DNA from: Heptranchias perlo
Taxonomy: Eukaryota
Length of the DNA stretch: 64,000 nt
Direction of reading: 5' to 3'
Assembly: GCF_035084215.1 (NCBI RefSeq)
Contig: NC_090336.1
Location: forward strand, 29,388,001-29,452,000
In this document: one piece after another, positions 60,410-64,000 of the stretch
Layout of the letters: each line of letters begins with the position of its first letter
Numbering within the stretch: the stretch's first letter is position 1
The notes under the pieces: generated by a model
What the model saw: the letters and a program-made list of their open reading frames with translations, nothing else
Told to the model about the DNA's origin: nothing
Database searches by the model: none
Position numbers and translations under genes: made by a program

Positions 60410-60955
60410 CTTGCTCCTTCCCCTCCCCCCTCTCTTCTATCTCCCATCCTCTCCCCTCCACACCCCCTCTCCTCTCCCCCTTTACTCTCCCCTCCCCTGC
60501 CCCACATCCATCCCCTCACCCAATCCTGCCTCGCATTCCTTACCCCTCTCTTTCCCCCTCCCTTCACCCTCTCTCTCTCCCTCTCCTCCCCTCCGGTCCC
60601 GTTCCTTCCCTGAGAACGAACCGAAAAGAATACAGCGAGAAGCAAAGAACGTAGAGAGTAGGATAAACTAAGAGAAATACAGAGGAAAAAGCAACAACGA
60701 GGCAGTAGAAGAGAGAGAGAGAGGAAAGATAGAGAGAGAGGCAGAGAGGAAAAAAACCCAGCAACATGAAGAAGACAGAGACAGATAAAAAAGGGAATTC
60801 TGGAAACAGAATGCAAGAAAAAGAAAGACAGAAGAAGACGGAGAAAAAACCTCAAATAATAGAGAAACAAATGAGGTCAGAAATAAGCAAAAGAGGGGAG
60901 AGAGAAATGCAGAAAAGAGGGAGAGAAAGAAAACCAGCAGATAAGACAGAGAATG
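60410..60955. repeat. Polypyrimidine tract followed by a polypurine tract
   Basis: CT-rich 60410-60610, then GA-rich 60611-60955. Confidence 0.8.
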
Positions 60956-61639
60956 TAACTGGAAACTTACCACGGGCAATGCCACAGCAGAACTACTAGT
61001 AATCTAAAATTGTCACCTTAAATGCGAAGTATTAGTACTTTTGCCAAATTATTATAATGAACTTTGTAACCAAAATTCAATGTTGAGATTATTTTAAATT
61101 AATTTAAACCTTCTCAGGTTTCAGTTGACCTACTCACCAGTTTGTTGTGCTGCTTGTCAAATATTTGCCCTTCACTGTGTTGGCAATTGAAATGTTCAGC
61201 CTTGGTGCTGCAGCACAATATAAACAAATGTGAATCATGGGTGAATCTGACCTTTGTGACCATGTAGTTAAGTATTCAGTAGATGTGATTGGAAAGAAAT
61301 CATTTTTTATTTTGTGAACTTTGTGCTTATTAAGATGAGGGATGTTAGTATTCCTATTTTGTGTTCCTATTTTGAGCATTCAGTGTCGGCATCTCAGGTT
61401 AGTTATATCATAGATGCAGATTAAAGCTCCTTCTTCTCTGCCCCAACAATGCGCTCTAGCCCCAGATCACACCTACTACTGCAGCAGTGTGATATGTTCC
61501 ATTCTCCATACCACCCATCTTGTTGTGTTCTGAGTGACCTTGAAATTTTCACTTGGGGTGCCAACAATCAGTTTTTTAAATAGAAAGCTGCAAGGACAGG
61601 CTATTTATGAGATTCGAGAGGGTTAGGATGCAAGATACG

Positions 61640-62000
61640 CTGTCAGCCTGGCTCAGCAGTAGCACTCTAACCTCTAGTAACAGAAAGTTATGGGTTCAAG
61701 CCCCACTCCTGGACCTGAACACATAACCTATGCTGACATTTTAGTCCAGTACTGAAGGAGTGCTGCGCTGTTGGAGATATGTCTTTCCAATGAGATGTTA
61801 AGTTGATGGCCAGCCTGCTCAGCTGGATGTAAAAGATCCCATGGCACTATTTGAAGAAGAGGAAGGGAGTTCTCCTGATGCCCTGGTCAACATTTATCCC
61901 TCAACCACCAAGACAGATTAACTGCTCATTTATCACATTGTTGTTTGTAGGACCTTGCTGTGTGCAAATGAGCTGTTTTTGCTAACATAATAAGTGACTA
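61640..62000 (+). mobile_element. tRNA-headed Deu-domain SINE (SacSINE1-like)
   Basis: TGGCTCAGCAG ... GGGTTCAAGCCC head, followed by a Deu-like core shared with 14360-14682. Confidence 0.7.
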
Positions 62001-64000
62001 CATGTTAGACTATGCCGGTGTGTACTAAAAGTGTAACATGTGTCAAAGAATTGTTTTTACACAATGTATGTTAACATGAAATATATTTAGTATATAACCA
62101 CACATATTGTACAAATCATATGTCTGTATCAGCCACATTTACTCAGTATATTAAGGTGGTTGATGAGGTGAAATGTCTTGCCACTGCCTCAGCAAGTTGA
62201 TGATGTCAGGTCAGGTGCCGCCCAGCTGGGATCCTTTCAGCAAGCTGATGGGCTACGTCTGGCATCATCATCTATTCTGAGGATGTTAAGTCAGCTCACC
62301 ACAGGACTCCCAGATAACAGTGTATAAAGATAAAGCTCAAACAAGATTCAGAATAGAGGAACCCCAGAAGAAGGCATGCTAGGTTTGTCAAGGTGGACGT
62401 GCTGGCAGGAGTCCAACGCCCATGTAATCAGGAGAAGGGAAGATGTCTGCAGAAGGCAGGATCCGCGGGATCCAAGAGGGTGGGGCCGTGAGGACTGCCA
62501 GAGGCAAGAGGCCAAGGCACGAACTCTACCCAGCCTGGAAGCAGGTAATATATCTCTAGTTTCCATTCTGTAAACTGCTGCTTAAATACTGAGCGTATTA
62601 AACTGTTCTTTGTAATTAAGTACGTGCCACAGTAACAAATTGGTGACAACTCGAATCTTTCAGAACTGGGAAGTGAGTAGCAGAGCAAGGGCTCTCCAAG
62701 TGGTTGTAGACTGAAATATTCTGTTCCTTTTCTTCTGTTAAATGAGTCACTGTGATGTTTGCTTAAGCTCCACCCATACACAGAGCTAAAGCAGTTTCAC
62801 TCTCTGTTGTACATGTCTTTGATATTAGGTGTAATATAAACATGTCTTACGTTTGTTTTCTCTGTGCATGTGTGTAAGCACATTATTTTTGAGATATTGA
62901 GTCCTTTTGTTTTTGGTTTTGAACTGATTTTGGAGTAATTCACAGATTGAGTGTTTGATTAAATTATCAAATGATGAAACTGGTTTTCTGCGGGTGGCCA
63001 CTACAATCAGCTAGTTATTTAAACTATGTGAATATTCTTTGGGCTTGAGACCTGGGAGTATCACATAAAATTTGGCACTCTCTGAGTTCGTAACCCATTG
63101 CAGGAATCAATATTTTAATGTCTGAATATTGTTGTCAAGAGTACCTAAATTTTGACTTGACTTAGTGCCTTCAAAATCTTTTGAGGTGATTCTGCTTGTT
63201 TAAAATTATTAAAATGCAGTAGTGGTCAGGAAACTGCCAACACTCTTTGGTTTTGTGATTGTGGCAGAAAACAAAAATAACCAGAGTTCAAAATATAAAG
63301 GATTTAACGAAATTTGGATTTTTAATCTAAATTACACAAGTCCAGGAGAAAACCACTCTTTTGAATTAAAATAGACAAGCTTAAATTCTGTCTATCCCAA
63401 GATTGTATTTAAAGTTAATTACTCCCTTATCTTCCTCAAGATCTTTCAGAGTCCGAGGAGCCAAGAGGTGATTGGGCCTTCAATGCTGTACCATTGCAGT
63501 ATTGTTTCTCTTTAAGTGTCAGGTTTAATTTGAGAGGATATTTACAAATGCATTTCTTTAATTCATCCGAGGCTCTCAAGAAAGGCCACGGTGGATTTTT
63601 CTTTGTTTTTTTAACAGATGACCCATGGATTTCGGGACCACGTCAGTGGTAGTGGTGCAATATTTCTTTTACATGAAAGTAGCTCCACAGGGTTACAGAG
63701 GAGCCTTCACTGGAAAGGTGTTGGTGCAAGAAGGAGATCAACTAATGCTAAGAATTTAAATTCAGACCGGCAGAAAATATTAAAGGTCACAGCATAGTGA
63801 CAAGGCAGGCTAAGAACTTTCTCTCTCAAGGCTCGCTGTTAACCCTTTAATCCTTTGTTATCCTCCGAGACAAAGTGCTCGAGGGGGGGATACATAGGAT
63901 TTACCCCAAATTTAATTGCAAGCACTTATGTCTCTGCTGTAAAACTACCAAGCCTGGGCTTCATTGGTTTCTGAAATTTAAATTGATGAGATACATTGAA

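Noticed and set aside
60349-60999. Hydrophobic or charged ORFs (also 17715-18045 and 50972-51437)
   Set aside because: Translation artefacts of low-complexity DNA.

Overview
Repeat-dense vertebrate genomic DNA, probably from a cartilaginous fish. That inference rests on the LF-SINE-like and Deu-SINE-like SINEs, esterase-ORF1 CR1 LINEs, Penelope, Tx1 and Harbinger elements. Most of the window is nested transposable elements. Two host loci lie on the minus strand. (1) An NCR3LG1/B7-H6-like Ig-superfamily gene: an intact IgV exon (14801-15148) and IgC1 exon (12591-12911), plus an orphan upstream C1 exon with a nonsense codon (23294-23599). (2) A six-exon IPNS-family 2-oxoglutarate/Fe(II) dioxygenase pseudogene (60325 to 33882), almost invisible in the ORF track, with one exon split by a CR1. 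The main leads are four. (a) A single-ORF LINE with a tRNA-derived A/B-box head and no TTTT in about 3 kb of sense strand, a candidate Pol III-transcribed autonomous LINE. (b) The slippery heptamer T-TTA-AAC immediately before the ORF1 stop in all four CR1 ORF1/ORF2 junctions, with ORF2 in the -1 frame and no conserved ATG, a candidate programmed -1 frameshift. (c) A 3-kb palindromic Penelope insertion with minimal hammerhead ribozymes at both ends, beside the Ig C1 splice donor. (d) Two near-identical full-length CR1s with different tandem-array 5' ends but the same internal TAG. All calls were made by eye, and family names come from recalled motifs rather than database searches.
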